Positions 1 through 11,584 of a stretch of DNA of 64,000 bases are shown here, piece after piece. Both the position numbers and the translations under genes were made by a program. The notes beneath the pieces are model-generated. The model worked only from the letters and a program-made list of their open reading frames with translations. It searched no databases and was not told the origin of the DNA. Source of the stretch: Dicyema japonicum (lineage: Eukaryota > Animalia > Dicyemida); assembly GCA_011109175.1 (NCBI GenBank), contig RDEW01000028.1, positions 525,000-588,999 on the forward strand. The letters are read 5' to 3'. Within the stretch, counting starts at the first letter, position 1; the number at the start of each line of letters is the position of its first letter.

Positions 1-1208
1 GGCAGCATCCCAAATTAAGCATTTGCCCCGAGAGAAGGGGAAGACAGTAATTCCATCGGGTCGCTTCCCATCATCCCTACTCAAGCCCGTTGGCTCTAGA
101 ATGGATGGGTATCCCGCCAACTCGAGGGCGCGCTTCACCACTTCATTTATAGCCTTGTGTCTAGCGAATCGACCTGCGCTTTTTCGACAAGAAAGGGCAT
201 GATGTCCATAGCAGTCGACCTTCCGGCCGCATCGGCACTCATGGGTTGACAACTTTCAATCCAAGTCTGATGGAGACTCCGGTGCGGACCGTTTCATCGT
301 CTAGGTGAGTTCCCACGTTTCCAATGGGTAGGGCATTGATCCAAGCCCCGCTCCACTCGCATCTTGCAGTTAAAAGACAGGCTCGTCGGTGTTGGTTAGA
401 TATTTTCAAAAGCCTCTCGTATTTTATCCTCGCAAACAGACTCATAAAGGTCTCTCTGCCCGAGTTGTTTGACTTTAGGGTGTACCAAATCTTCGATCTT
501 TGACGACTCTGATGGGAGCTGGAGAATCATCATATCAAATTCTGATTGGAGTCCAATGAGGATTGATATGCCGGGTGTGCCAAATCAGATGGTGAGAGAA
601 TTCCGAGTCCACCAAAGCGAACGGGCAAGGTTGCTTGTTCCCATCCTTGTTCGTCGAATTCGACATTAGTAATACGTTCGGTCGTAGACCGGAATAGGGA
701 GTCAATCGCCCCGAGTTGTTGCATTTTCAGGTAACATGGAGCCCCTCGAAGGACGTAATTTAATTTCTGCGTGGATAAAGCGTTTTTCATGAGAAAAGAG
801 AGGTATGTGCATCCAGCATCCCAAGGCGTAAAAAAGTTTTTCTTAGTTTCTGTTCTTTAGCCAACAGAGTGTCGTTAATTCCAGTTTCAGCCAGAGGGCA
901 TCCAAGTATTTCCAAATGATCCGGCTTGATTTCCGATATTTTAGGAATAATCCCCCGAAACATTAATAGGATCCGATTCCATTCATATCGGGAGAATCCA
1001 TAATTAACAATTTCGCATTTGGCTGCGTTTAGCTTTAAACCAGCGTATCCAATTGTGTTTGTAATCTCTGTAGACAGTCATATACATTGTTAGGATGACC
1101 TCACAGGGTGCAATCATCCAAATACCACACGTTCAGCGGAGTAGTAAGGCATCTCATGACACGGTCGACACCGAGGCAGAACAATGCCGGTCCTAGTGGG
1201 TCTCCTTG
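1..1208 (-). mobile_element. CRE-clade non-LTR retrotransposon, 5'-truncated, decayed (RT C-terminus, CCHC knuckle, RLE endonuclease); runs off the window start
   Basis: Minus strand reads QGDPLGPALFCLGVD..NVWYLDD near 1208-1110, ATLPVRFGGLG (ORF 530-790), SGAWINALP (ORF 239-445) and [18 protein letters not shown] near 70-1. Same motif order as the copy at 21750-24674. Confidence 0.85.
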
Positions 1209-1254
1209 TTAACCCTTTTAATTAATTATTAATTAATTTACTTTTTTATTTAAA

Positions 1255-1350
1255 TCCAAGAATCACCGACAAAATAAAAGAGTGGGGGCCGTCAGGTGAT
1301 CCCGGCCTCCTTAAGCAGCCGCCTCATCCTTTCTCGGTGTTCCCCCGAGA
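1255..1350 (-). mobile_element. 3' terminus of Ingi/Vingi-like LINE
   Basis: Reverse complement matches the LINE tail at ~40315-40410 (gaacaccgagaaaggatgaggc...ggatcacctga..cccactct..ttttattttgtcgg). Confidence 0.55.
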
Positions 1351-1974
1351 GCCGACACACTTCCTGTATGGATGAATCACTTTTTTGAAGTTTTGAAGTT
1401 TCAACTGGCTCAGTGAATACTTCTAACCTTATGGTTATTGCCCCTCAAAATGTAAATTGTATTCAGAATTGATGTTTATGTGATACGTAATTTCAGAAAG
1501 TGGTGATGAACGAAATTAAACAATAAGACATAAATGAAATCGTCATGGGGGTATTTGCCTCTGTTCGAACCTGTTGGCTTATTTAGGAATGATGGAAAAC
1601 TACCATACGAGATGTCTATCTCAGTTTGAAGCCGAGAAGCCTCTGGTCTAAGCCGTCACTTTCAGGGTTCCTTTACCGAAAGCAATACTCAAAAAACGCA
1701 TTCAAAGCCTGGCCGGACGCTATGAAAGCCGAAATGTCGAAAAATGAAATATTCTAACTAACTCGATGGATTGATGTTTACTCATCTCGAAGTGGAGACT
1801 TAGTGTCCATAAAACTCTCGACACTGTGAGTCAGATTTCTCTTCGGGCAATCTGCATGAGCGACACTGTCTATTTAAGCTAGTTTTACTCGCACGAATTT
1901 AGGAAATTTGTTTCAATCACTGACTAACAAATTTTTAACAAATTAATATTTTAGTAAATGTAAGTGCAACATCA

Positions 1975-3634
1975 TTAAATCTCTGGATGTCCAGGAATCC
2001 CGAATTGAGAAGTAAAACTCTTAATTCTTCCCTTGACTCCCTCCAATTCTTTATCCAGTTTAATTCGCTCAGAAAATTCACTCAGTTTTTCTGTCAAAAA
2101 TAAAGCAAAATTTGACTTGTCGAATCTGTGATTTTCTTCCCCAAATTAAAAATCTCATCCAAAAATTTAGCAATTTCCATCATATCCTCTGTTTTCATTC
2201 CACGTGTTGTCACCGCAGATGTACCTAAATTAATCAAGGCACAAAACGACCGATTCTAACACCACCAGGAACTGTGGCATTTTTATCATATGGGCACGTG
2301 TTTTTATTAAGCACAATCCCTGCTTCCTCACAAATAATCTGAGCTCGGTTTCCATTCAAGCCAAACGGTCTCAGGTCGACAAGCATTAAATGATTGTCAG
2401 TCCCACCTCAAATAAATGGAAACCATGGAAACCAGTAAGAATAGAATAATTCATTGACTTTAGGCTGGAAGCGAGTGCACGTGCATTTTCAACAACTTGT
2501 TTCTGGTATTCTCTGTAGTCTGGAGTCATCGCCTGAACTCATCAAATTTCATACCTCTTTAAGGGCCACAGCGAGGACCCAATAATATGCATGTGGGGGC
2601 ATCTTGGAATCTTGGATAAAACAGAAAAATCGATGGCATCATGAATATTATCCTCCGTTTTGCGAGAGAATATAATTCCAGATCTTCAATCAGCTGTAAT
2701 CAAAACCGAGGACCACGGAGAGTCTTGTGAGTCGTCGAAGTGACCACATCGGCGTAGGGAAATGGACCTGGAATTATTTTTCCAGCCACCAATCCAGAAA
2801 TATGTGCCATATCGGCGACCAGATAAGCTCCAACATCATCACAAATCAAAAATTCATAAAATCATAAAACTTGTCTAAAACGGGCATAATCAATCAGCCG
2901 TGAATAGCACGAGGTTCCAGCAATTATAATTTTCGGCTTAAACAGCTTGGCTGAACGTTCTAACTCTTCGTAGTCAATGAGCATCGTTTCTTTCTAAGAT
3001 ATGGGGGAAACATCAACATTTAATCTGTAAGGGAGTGACTCGAAGTAAACGGAAGTCGTGGAAATTCTTTTTTTGGCCGTCATAAATCCATGAGTGAGAC
3101 TGATAATATGAAATTAATAAAACTGTCCCCCGTGGCTTAACTCCAGTCCCATAATCCGGTCGTGAGGCTTGGCCAGAGCTGTGTAGACTTGGAGATTCGC
3201 TGGACTCCCAGAAAGAGACTGAACATTCACAGCCCACTCATTTTCATTTAAACCAAATAATTCTAATGCACGTGCTTGGCAAAGGCGTTCCACCTTATCA
3301 ACCACATCAGATCCTCCGACTGATCTAGAATAATAAAAATCCTTACCTCGAGCCAGGGTATCCTTGAGTAATTTTATTATTGAGACACGAAGCGTTCACC
3401 TCGGCCACAGCACAGCTAGAAAAATTCTTTTAAATGTCATCTGTGAAATACCTCGGAGGCAATGAGATCAATTGTTTCCCTCTGTCTTGCCTTCTCAGCC
3501 AACAAAAGTTGGTATATTTCAGGATCAGTTTTCTGAATGGCTGTCGTTCCACACAAACTGTTCAAAGTCCTAATACTGATAAAATCACATTTGGTGGATT
3601 CCTTGATTGACTTGAATATTAGCCGAGGAAGCAT
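1975..3634 (-). CDS. SHMT: Serine hydroxymethyltransferase, probably mitochondrial; 11 exons; one uncompensated -1 frameshift near 2579 and altered conserved motifs
   Basis: Hand splicing of ten 22-26 nt introns gives [47 protein letters not shown] (PLP Lys), [28 protein letters not shown]; stop TAA at 1975-1977. Basic/Ser-rich N-terminus resembles a transit peptide. Could be a pseudogene or contain assembly errors. Confidence 0.92.
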
Positions 3635-3924
3635 AACTAAATTATAAAAATTTATGTCTACTAAAGTTAATGTCCTTTTTTTAAATAAATTAATTGAATC
3701 TTATCAATTTTAATGATAAATTATTCATATTTAAATTAAAATAATTTTATTTTTTGTTAGAAATATGTAAAAATATTCAATCAATTTTATATTTTTGATA
3801 TATTTTGTAAGATTTTTTAGTTAATATAATTCTAACTATTTATCCCAGTCTACATAATTGATGCTGCATTGCCTCTAACTATATAACGGAGATCATTATT
3901 TTCTGTTCGATGTTTAAAGCTAGG

Positions 3925-4205
3925 ATTGAGGTGTGTCATAAGTGCCGGACAAATCGTGATAGTTCCGAATTCGAATCTCGCTGCTGTACATTACGGCTGA
4001 AGGTTCTACGCATATACGATGCCTTGAGTTTGACAAGTGACGCTGTTATCAGTGAATACCTCAATGCGGAATCGGATTGTCTATAAAAACTCACATGCAA
4101 CAAAAAGAAAAAAAGAAATTGGGAACATTTATTGGCCTTCTCCTTTTCAATGATTAATTATCATAACTGTTCTTACTCTACTACAGTGTGCGTCTAGCCT
4201 GTACG
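3925..4205 (+). mobile_element. tRNA-derived SINE, family B
   Basis: Degenerate B-box (gaattcgaatct), then the core ctacgcatatacgatgcc..gtgacgctgttatcagtgaatacctcaatgcggaatcgga and tail ataactgttctt..gtgtgcgtc; shared with copies at ~9815, ~26085, ~36705, ~52820. Confidence 0.6.
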
Positions 4206-4209
4206 GACT

Positions 4210-6745
4210 CATCCACGCCGTACGGTGAGAAAGTTCAGTACCTACAGCTTCAGATTTGGATTAATGTTAGTGGAGTTTATTTTGGCAGTGAGGTGTTTTC
4301 GCGACTTATTGTCGAAGGCATTGTCGAAGTCAATGGAGACGGAGACCGCATTTAAGCCGTCACGATAAACTGTTTAGATGTGTTGTTGCCGATCCTCCAA
4401 GGCGAAATTCATGTTGAAATTTCGGTTGCGGAAGAGACGGTGTAATCGTCTAAAGTACTAGTTTGTTAAGTACTTAAGAAGACTGAAGTCAGTAAGATTG
4501 ACCGATAGGAGGTGGGATCTCCCTTTGGCTTTCCAGGCTTTAGAATGGGGTTGATAGTTAAGTTTTTCCAAACTTTGGGGATGATGTTATAGTTTATCGG
4601 TAAGTTTAAAAAATTGCGAAAGAAGTTAGATGTCTAAGATCGAACATATTCTTTCAGGACCACATGCACTCGAATTTTTGACTGGCGATAACATCCGAGA
4701 CTTGTTTTCCCTAGAATAGTTCCTTGTAAAGTCTTCGACTTAAGGCGATTTTGATTCCAGGTTTCTCGAGAATGTTGTGAACTTAATTCTCGCATAGTTC
4801 TTCATGAATATGTTCTGATGTACGTGGAATTTTTTCCTAAAACTTTTTCTCTTGCATCTGCATCTTCTATCTCAAATTTAATTTGCTTCAGCGTCTTCCA
4901 GAAATTGCAGCATAAGGTTATCTTATTGAGGTGGCCGATCAATTGCTGCCATCTCTGGTTTCGACATTCATTAATATTCGATCTGATGTTTTTATTAAAC
5001 ATTCTGGTGGCTGACAAGTTGTTCGAGTCTATAGGGAGACATAGTTTTTAAATTTGTCATACTCCCATGAGGGCCGATGTATATGAACTGAAATTTTGCT
5101 GCCAAATATATTGAGTTCTGCTCTGATAGGACTCGAGCAGCTAATTCGTTGTTGGCAAAGTTGCTGAAGCCTGTCCAATCTACCTTTTTATATTTCTTGA
5201 ATATCTTCGCTTCTCTCTGCTCTTAGGAATCGTTGACTCGTAGGAATCGTCTCAGGCATAAAAGAATTAGATTGTGATCGCTCGAGAAACTGTAATTCAC
5301 TTTCCATGTAAAGTCCTGTAGTGGGAAGTATATGGTTAATGCGTCATTTCTCCACTATGGGGTTCCGTATGGAGATCGGGGTTATTCAAGAAGACCAGGT
5401 TCTCGTGCTCTCCAGGTTATTGGATGGTTGGGGGATTAACCCTAATGGATGCTTTCCAGGTCGCCGTATATCACTATAATCGCAACTTGCGATCTGTTCA
5501 GTAATAAAGTTTAGGTTCAAAAGCTCTGAAATTAGCGAACTAATGTCTGTGTGGAATAGACCATTATTTATAATGGTAAGTAGACCTCCACCACGGTCTC
5601 TTCCTGTCCACACGAATCACTGTGTAACCGGGGAATGTAAATTTTGGTACTGAAAGAGAGTTTAGATTTAAATGAGTGCAAGGTCAACATGATTTTCTGA
5701 GAAGAGCTCTAAGTTAGCAATTTTTTTTGATTCCATTAGCATTTAGTTGTGGAACTGTAAGGTCACGACGAGGACTGGAATTAAGTTCAATGCCTCCCTA
5801 AATCATAAGTAGAGCAGTCAGGTAAATCATAAGTGACGGACGGCAGTGAACCTCGTGTGAATCGGCGGCGAAAAAGTCGAGAGAATCACAATTGTGGAAA
5901 ACAATATTCGCTTCTTCCTGGATGCAAATGAATCGTCCGACTACCCGGTTTCTCATATACAAACACGATGGACATAGTTCGAACAAGGAAGACGAACAAA
6001 GTTTTCTATATCAAATGGACTGTTCACACAAAATTATTTGGTGGAACCCATGCTGTCTTTACGGCGCAACCTTGTTCAGTCTCCTGACAACCTTTCGTAC
6101 TTGAATAACCTAACTCGTGGAGCTTCCATAGATTCTGTCCTTCGAGATCTGAAAATTTCGGTCCCCACCTTGTCCTTGGAATCCATTCTTCTGTGGATGG
6201 TTCTGTTTTGATCCTCTTTCGTCTCTCGTGGCTTCTGATTCCTTGGTCAGGAGGATTCTACACTCCTTTCCCGAATTTTCAACTCACTCGGAGTTTCAAA
6301 AAGAGAAAAATATTAGCTTAGAAAAAATTAATGGGACAAAAAATCGGAAATATCTGGTTAATGAAAATGGCACGTGGAAAAAATAACCTTGAATTTCTTC
6401 GCAGTGCTAGTTATCCCATAATCGAATAATTACTAAATTAATTAAATTTATTGAACCAGAAAAATACTGTCGTAGCCTGAATGAAAAAATTCACGTTATC
6501 CCGGCCTCCCTCAGCAGTCTTCGCATGCTCTGTCTTGAAGCAAGTGCCGTCCAAAGGGAACTTCTTTGATGGTTGTTGACTAATGGTCTTTTTTGAATAT
6601 AATTTAGGATTATATATGGCGCCACCAAAGATGGTGAACCACATGACGCAGGCTAGCAATTTAAGCTCCCTGGAGCCAAAGGAGAATGGGAGGAACAGAA
6701 GAAACAAACAAAAAATTTTCAATTCAAGTAGCCACATAGCGCTAT
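4210..6745 (-). mobile_element. Decayed Ingi/Vingi-like (I group) LINE: 5' region, APE endonuclease and N-terminal RT
   Basis: Minus strand shows APE-like IVFHNCDSL and RGGGLLTII, then RT-like SIDFDNAFD..NFLTVRRG. Its 5' region carries the shared pseudoknot motif (6583-6650). Confidence 0.7.
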
Positions 6746-6799
6746 AATAACGTTAGGCCCACATGACAAATCACTACTCTTTAATAAGCTTTGGTCTTT

Positions 6800-7115
6800 T
6801 TTTTCTTTATTAACCTCGTATACACTGAGAAAGAAGTTAAGGTAAACAACTAATTAAATGTATCCAGTTTCCACTTCTACAGAAGCAGAGTCCATCCTGA
6901 ATTAGCATAAATGGCAAAAGACGTTCATACTTGCAGTTGTGGAAACCCTTCCAGTGAAGTGGGAGTGAGCAAATGATCCTTTTTCGTGCCGGCCTGGCAC
7001 TGGGCGTCACCTAGACAGGTGGATCACATGACGCCACTCTAATAGGAAAAGAGAAGAGGAACAGACAACAAATAGAAACTTCACCAATTAGCCACGAAAC
7101 ACCACATAAAAAACG
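6800..7115 (-). mobile_element. Short non-coding derivative (LINE-like 5' leader + pseudoknot + LINE-like 3' tail)
   Basis: Homologous to 57085-57330 (+) and 63545-63800 (-). The 5' leader cgtggctaattgg.. resembles the LINE 5' end; the tail attagttgtttacc resembles the LINE tails. Confidence 0.6.
6973..7035 (-). ncRNA. Structured RNA motif A (HDV-like topology), best-preserved copy
   Basis: RNA: GGCGUC-AU-GUGAUCC-ACCU-GUCU-AGGU-GACGCC-CA-GUGCC-AGGCC-GGCAC-GAAAAA-GGAUCAU. P1 6 bp, P2 7 bp pseudoknot, P3 4 bp, P4 5 bp, all seen directly. Confidence 0.6.
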
Positions 7116-7379
7116 GTAATAAATTATTTATTGTAATAATTAACAAATCAATAAAAATTTAATTTTATTTCATAATTGCAATAGTCAGTTAATTAATTTC
7201 ATTTCATAATTGCATTAGTCAAAAATTTAATCTCAGTCTTATAATTTAACAAATCAATAAAAATCTAATTTTATTTCATAATTGCATTAATCAGGTTCCT
7301 GAAGAACCGTCTGAATATATCACCAGGAAAGTCACATGTAATGACGTTTTTCTCAGCACGGAAAGAATTACGGGCAACA

Positions 7380-7740
7380 CCACGAATAACATTATACGAC
7401 TCCCCGCTTCCCATTAAGAAGACCCTTTCAATCCTTGGAGTCATCCTGGATCCCCTACTCACATTTACCTATCAAGTGGTCTTAGTAACGCGAGGATCCA
7501 AAGAAAATTAGAATGCTCAAAGCTTTCACTCACTCTCCAGTGTCTTCCTGCCCATCGTTAGAACTTCTATACAAACAATTTGTTCTACCTAATATCGAGT
7601 ACGCTTGTGCTGCATGGATTGCCACTTTATCAATATCGGCACAGTGCAAGCTGGAGGTTTACAAAATCGCTGTCTCAGGATTCTATTGAGATCGTCGAAA
7701 AAGACGTCCACCTTGTTACTGCGGAGAACACTTTAACAAT
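7380..7740 (+). mobile_element. Ingi/Vingi-like LINE, post-RT fragment
   Basis: ILGVILDPLLTF..YKQFVLPNIEYACAAW matches the C-terminal region of the LINE at 43330-46150. Confidence 0.6.
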
Positions 7741-8258
7741 TCGCATCTTTTTTTAACTTTAACAAACTTTATTTATCAAGGAAAGTAAAGAGGGTATTAA
7801 TTTGAGGTTTCTTACCACAAGTCCTGCCATAGATTGGACTCTACCTGCGACCTCAAACTTCTCTTATGGTTCATTCAGTGCTGCGACATGCGAGTCAAGG
7901 ATATCATCTATTTTCAGGAAGGTACTCTTCGCATCACAACAACAAATCTATAAGCCAGAAATTAGGAGTTATATTGAAGGGTTATTTTAACAGTTCTACC
8001 TCTTTGGCCTGGACAATTCGCCAGTCCCTCTTCTCCATAGCCATTTCATCAGTCTCGATAGGGGTCCAAGCAAGCCTTTATAAGTGGCTAAACCCGTTGT
8101 TGATTACCCTTCGCATCCAATTTATTACACATTACAGTTCTGTCATTACTATTATTATATATTAATTATAATCATATAATTTTATTAATTTTATAATTTG
8201 TTTTAACTTTGGTTAACAGGATTTTTAAAACATTTTAAAAGTAGTTATTCCTATAATA

Positions 8259-9336
8259 ATGAAACAAGTAGGACTTTGCGTAAACGAAAGAAAGCTCTCT
8301 CATATAAATTATGAACAATTAGTAACTTTGTGCAGGTTTCTATAAATCTAGTAAAAGTAGTAAGAAGAATATTCAACTATACAAAGTAACCTCTCACTAA
8401 CAAATAGCTCGATTTAAATGATCCCATCATTCAAGTCCCTTCGATAATACTACACAAATACTGCGATCCATCAAACTCCAATACTATAAGATTACGTGTA
8501 AGCCTGTGATCTTACCTTATAGGAAACTCTGACCATGAATCCAAACATACTTCCAATTGATCGACCTTCCTGCATCGACAATCTCTACGACCGCCTGAAA
8601 ATGTACTCACTTTTGGAAGAATGCTTCTCCAAAGGTAACTTTTCCCTCACGTCAGACGACCGAATGATCTGTCCGTGGTTTGCCAAGGTGACCCCCAACT
8701 TGAGCCCACCCAGTTTTCCGCAAAGTTCCGTTAGGTTTCATTTTAGTAATAAAAAGTATAAATGGTAATTCTCCAGACAGTCATGCGGTTCCCAATTGAT
8801 TGATTTTAGATGGCGATTGTGTTTGATAACTCGACATTCGGAGACTACGAGGAACACGTGTCCCAGGAATATTTAAACCACGGGGGAATCCTCCTGAAGA
8901 TCTTTGTTATTGGAAACTTTTATAACATACAGACTCGCCAGTCGTGTGAGAATACCTCCGAGGGTTATTTTGTATTTTATGGCCAAGAGAACTCTGAGCC
9001 AGTATTATTCCATTCTCACTCTGTCTGTAAAAAGCTCCCTTCGAAATCAGTTAAGGACATAGTCCCACGTGACTCTAAGGATGATGATGCAATTAAATCA
9101 ATGGCTTATAGGATTTCAAAGACATTTGGGATTTCGCTGTTTGGTTTCGACGTCCTTAGGGATTCGAAAAGTGGTAAATTTGTGGTGGTTGATGTGAACT
9201 ATTTTCCATGTTTGTGGTGTACTCTACTTTAGCTTATGACAAAATGAAGAGTGTTGCCAACTGTTTCGCCGTTTTTCTTGAACGAGTTGTTACTGGGAAT
9301 AAATTTGACGATTCTCTTTATGAAAGAGTAGATTGA
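8259..9336 (+). CDS. ITPK1: Inositol-tetrakisphosphate 1-kinase (ATP-grasp fold), apparently intact; 7-8 introns of 21-25 nt
   Basis: Spliced product MKQVGLCVNERKL..IILHK..SHAMAIVF..YLNHGGILLKIFVIG..GISLFGFDVL..VVDVNYFPSY; ATG 8259, TGA 9334-9336; all introns GT-AG, no frameshift needed. Confidence 0.9.
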
Positions 9337-9814
9337 CGTTAAAATAAATTCCTTTTTGGATGTTTATCAGATAATTTGGTTCACTTGGTCGCCATTTGAG
9401 GATGATAGTACTTTATTGTTGCTAGATCATTAAAGTAGTCCATTGGTGTCCCTGAGTGCTTTAGCTTCAATATTTGAAGTCTAATATATCGCTAGAGCTT
9501 TAGGGGAAATTTATCGATGGATCAGAGGACTCCAAAGAAGTCGAAAAAAGGATAGACGGACAAAAGGAATCGTTGCATTACTTAAAGGAAAGACTCATTC
9601 AATATGATTCATAGTTACTGTCCATTTTCTAATTAAGTGGTAGAATGATTGAGGTGGTGAGGCAACTCTATTGACCATAATGTAATCTCCTCAAGATGGA
9701 TGTGACTTGTTTCACTTTTTTCGCGTGATTGTAACGAGGAATCCAGGGTTCCTAGATAAACCATAAGCATAGACACCAAGATCATTTATTGGAAGAAAAC
9801 TCATTCTTTTTCTT

Positions 9815-10025
9815 TTAGTTCTCATACAAAATCAATTGGCTTGACGAGTGACGCCGTCATCAGTGGACATTCACTGCGAAACTGGATAGTCTGATAGGAC
9901 ACACACCCAAGAAAACAAAAAAGTGAAGAGTATTCATTGGTCCTTGATCCTCCTCGATTCGCTATTATTACTGTTCTTTGCTTAAAATAAAGTGTGTGTT
10001 CTGCCTGAGCGGAGCAATAACTAAT
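9815..10025 (+). mobile_element. tRNA-derived SINE family B, 5'-truncated
   Basis: ggcttgacgagtgacgccgtcatcagtggacattcactgcgaaactgga..aaataaagtgtgtgttctgcctgagcggagc. Confidence 0.6.
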
Positions 10026-10129
10026 ATGGCTTTTAATTTAAATATTTATGTCCGATAAACTTTGGAGGCAAGTGGTACGTGGGGTCCCTCTTTTTTCCCA
10101 TGATGCAGTCATTGGATACGCGTTACTCA

Positions 10130-10305
10130 GGAGATGCTCACTGCCAACTATTCATTCCACCGGAAGGTAATTTCGCTTCCTGGAGACGAGTTCTGGAATC
10201 CATAACGATCACTGTGTTTGGGTGATGGTTCTGCTAGAATGCGTCAGGATCAAGGAATTAGTTAGTTTGGTTTTACCCTCATCTTAGGAATAATTTATTT
10301 TAATT
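10130..10305 (+). mobile_element. LINE 3' tail fragment
   Basis: caggatcaaggaattagttagtttgg..cttaggaataatttatttt, shared with ~53280, ~58560 (-) and ~63410. Confidence 0.5.
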
Positions 10306-11584
10306 TAATCAATCGATAAAGAATTTAATCAATCGATAAGAAGTAGAAGACTGTTATATTTGTCAAGAGGACGTAGAGTAACATTGCTAGTCGTCCTTCA
10401 AATAGACGTTATAGGCATTTAAAAAAAAAACTCACTTCCGAAGACGACCTGGACTCATTGAGAGCACTAGAAAATATCAGAGATTTAAAATTGTTTATTT
10501 TGCTCCACATGCGGGGCATATAAATATTATGTCTCTCATGTAAGTGCTGATAGAAACAGAGAAAAGGATGACAAACTTCCTGAAAGAGATGCTATCCTTG
10601 ACTCGTATGTCGCATCACGGAATGAACCATAAGACTGGTCTGAGGTCGCAGAGGAGAGTTCAAGCTATTGCAGGACCTGTGGTAAGCAGCCTCAAAATAA
10701 TACCCTCTTACTTTCTTTTGTTGATAAAGTTCGTTAAAGTTAAAAGGCGCTGATAGTGAAAATAATAAATAAGTTGATCGAACGAAGAATTCGGAGAATA
10801 CTTATAAATACACAAAAAAATTGTTTTTGATTACACTATCCACGAACAATCTTCCTTTTAGCGATTTAATGTGTTTATGAGGATTTCAGAGGAATTGGGA
10901 GGTATCAAAAACTCAAATACTTAAGCGTTTTTGGTGGATGAATCAGCTGAAGAAACGTGAGATCCAAGTGGAGGAGACTAAATTACTGGTAGTAGAAAAT
11001 ATTAGAAAGGCTGAAATCTAAATAATGGAAAATATCAATGACACCAACAATTTGTATGAATTTGTCATTCAAAAATCGAAGGCGAAAATATGATGATTTA
11101 GTTCTGATTAAAGTGTCGCTAAAATCTGAACAAAAAGTGTCGGCTGCACGTTTGATTCTTAAGGGGATGCTATGGATTACTGGTTCGAATCTCTTCTAGC
11201 CAAAATTGAAAGAACATGGAGCATTATCTTTCAGAATATGTACATATAATCTGGTAGTTAACGTTGCTAATAATGATATGTTACCAAGCTAGAGAAGGTA
11301 TGACATTATTGTTTCATATGGGAGAAGCAACTCAACTAAAAATATCAAACACTAACGAATGTTCTCTTCAAGGGAAAATGTACCGAATAAGCTTAAAAAT
11401 TTTATTCCAAATAACAAATTTTTGCAGACTGATTTTAAAATCATGAAGTACTCCCAAGAAGTACCGTGGTATTTGTATTGGTTCGCATTCCAGCCGATCT
11501 CTGCTGAGTCGTGCTTGACCCTAGCACAAAAGTTTACATTTTGTACTCAATACATTCAAGCCATAATAGAGATTTTATTATTAA

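Noticed and set aside
1500-1900. Additional gene downstream of SHMT
   Set aside because: Coding-like composition and one intron-like 20-mer, but no stop-free model or homology that I could support.
2847-2870. UGA read-through or alternative genetic code instead of splicing
   Set aside because: Retention would insert 8 residues into a conserved helix, and TGA is the normal stop in ITPK1, PDHA1 and ARID4.
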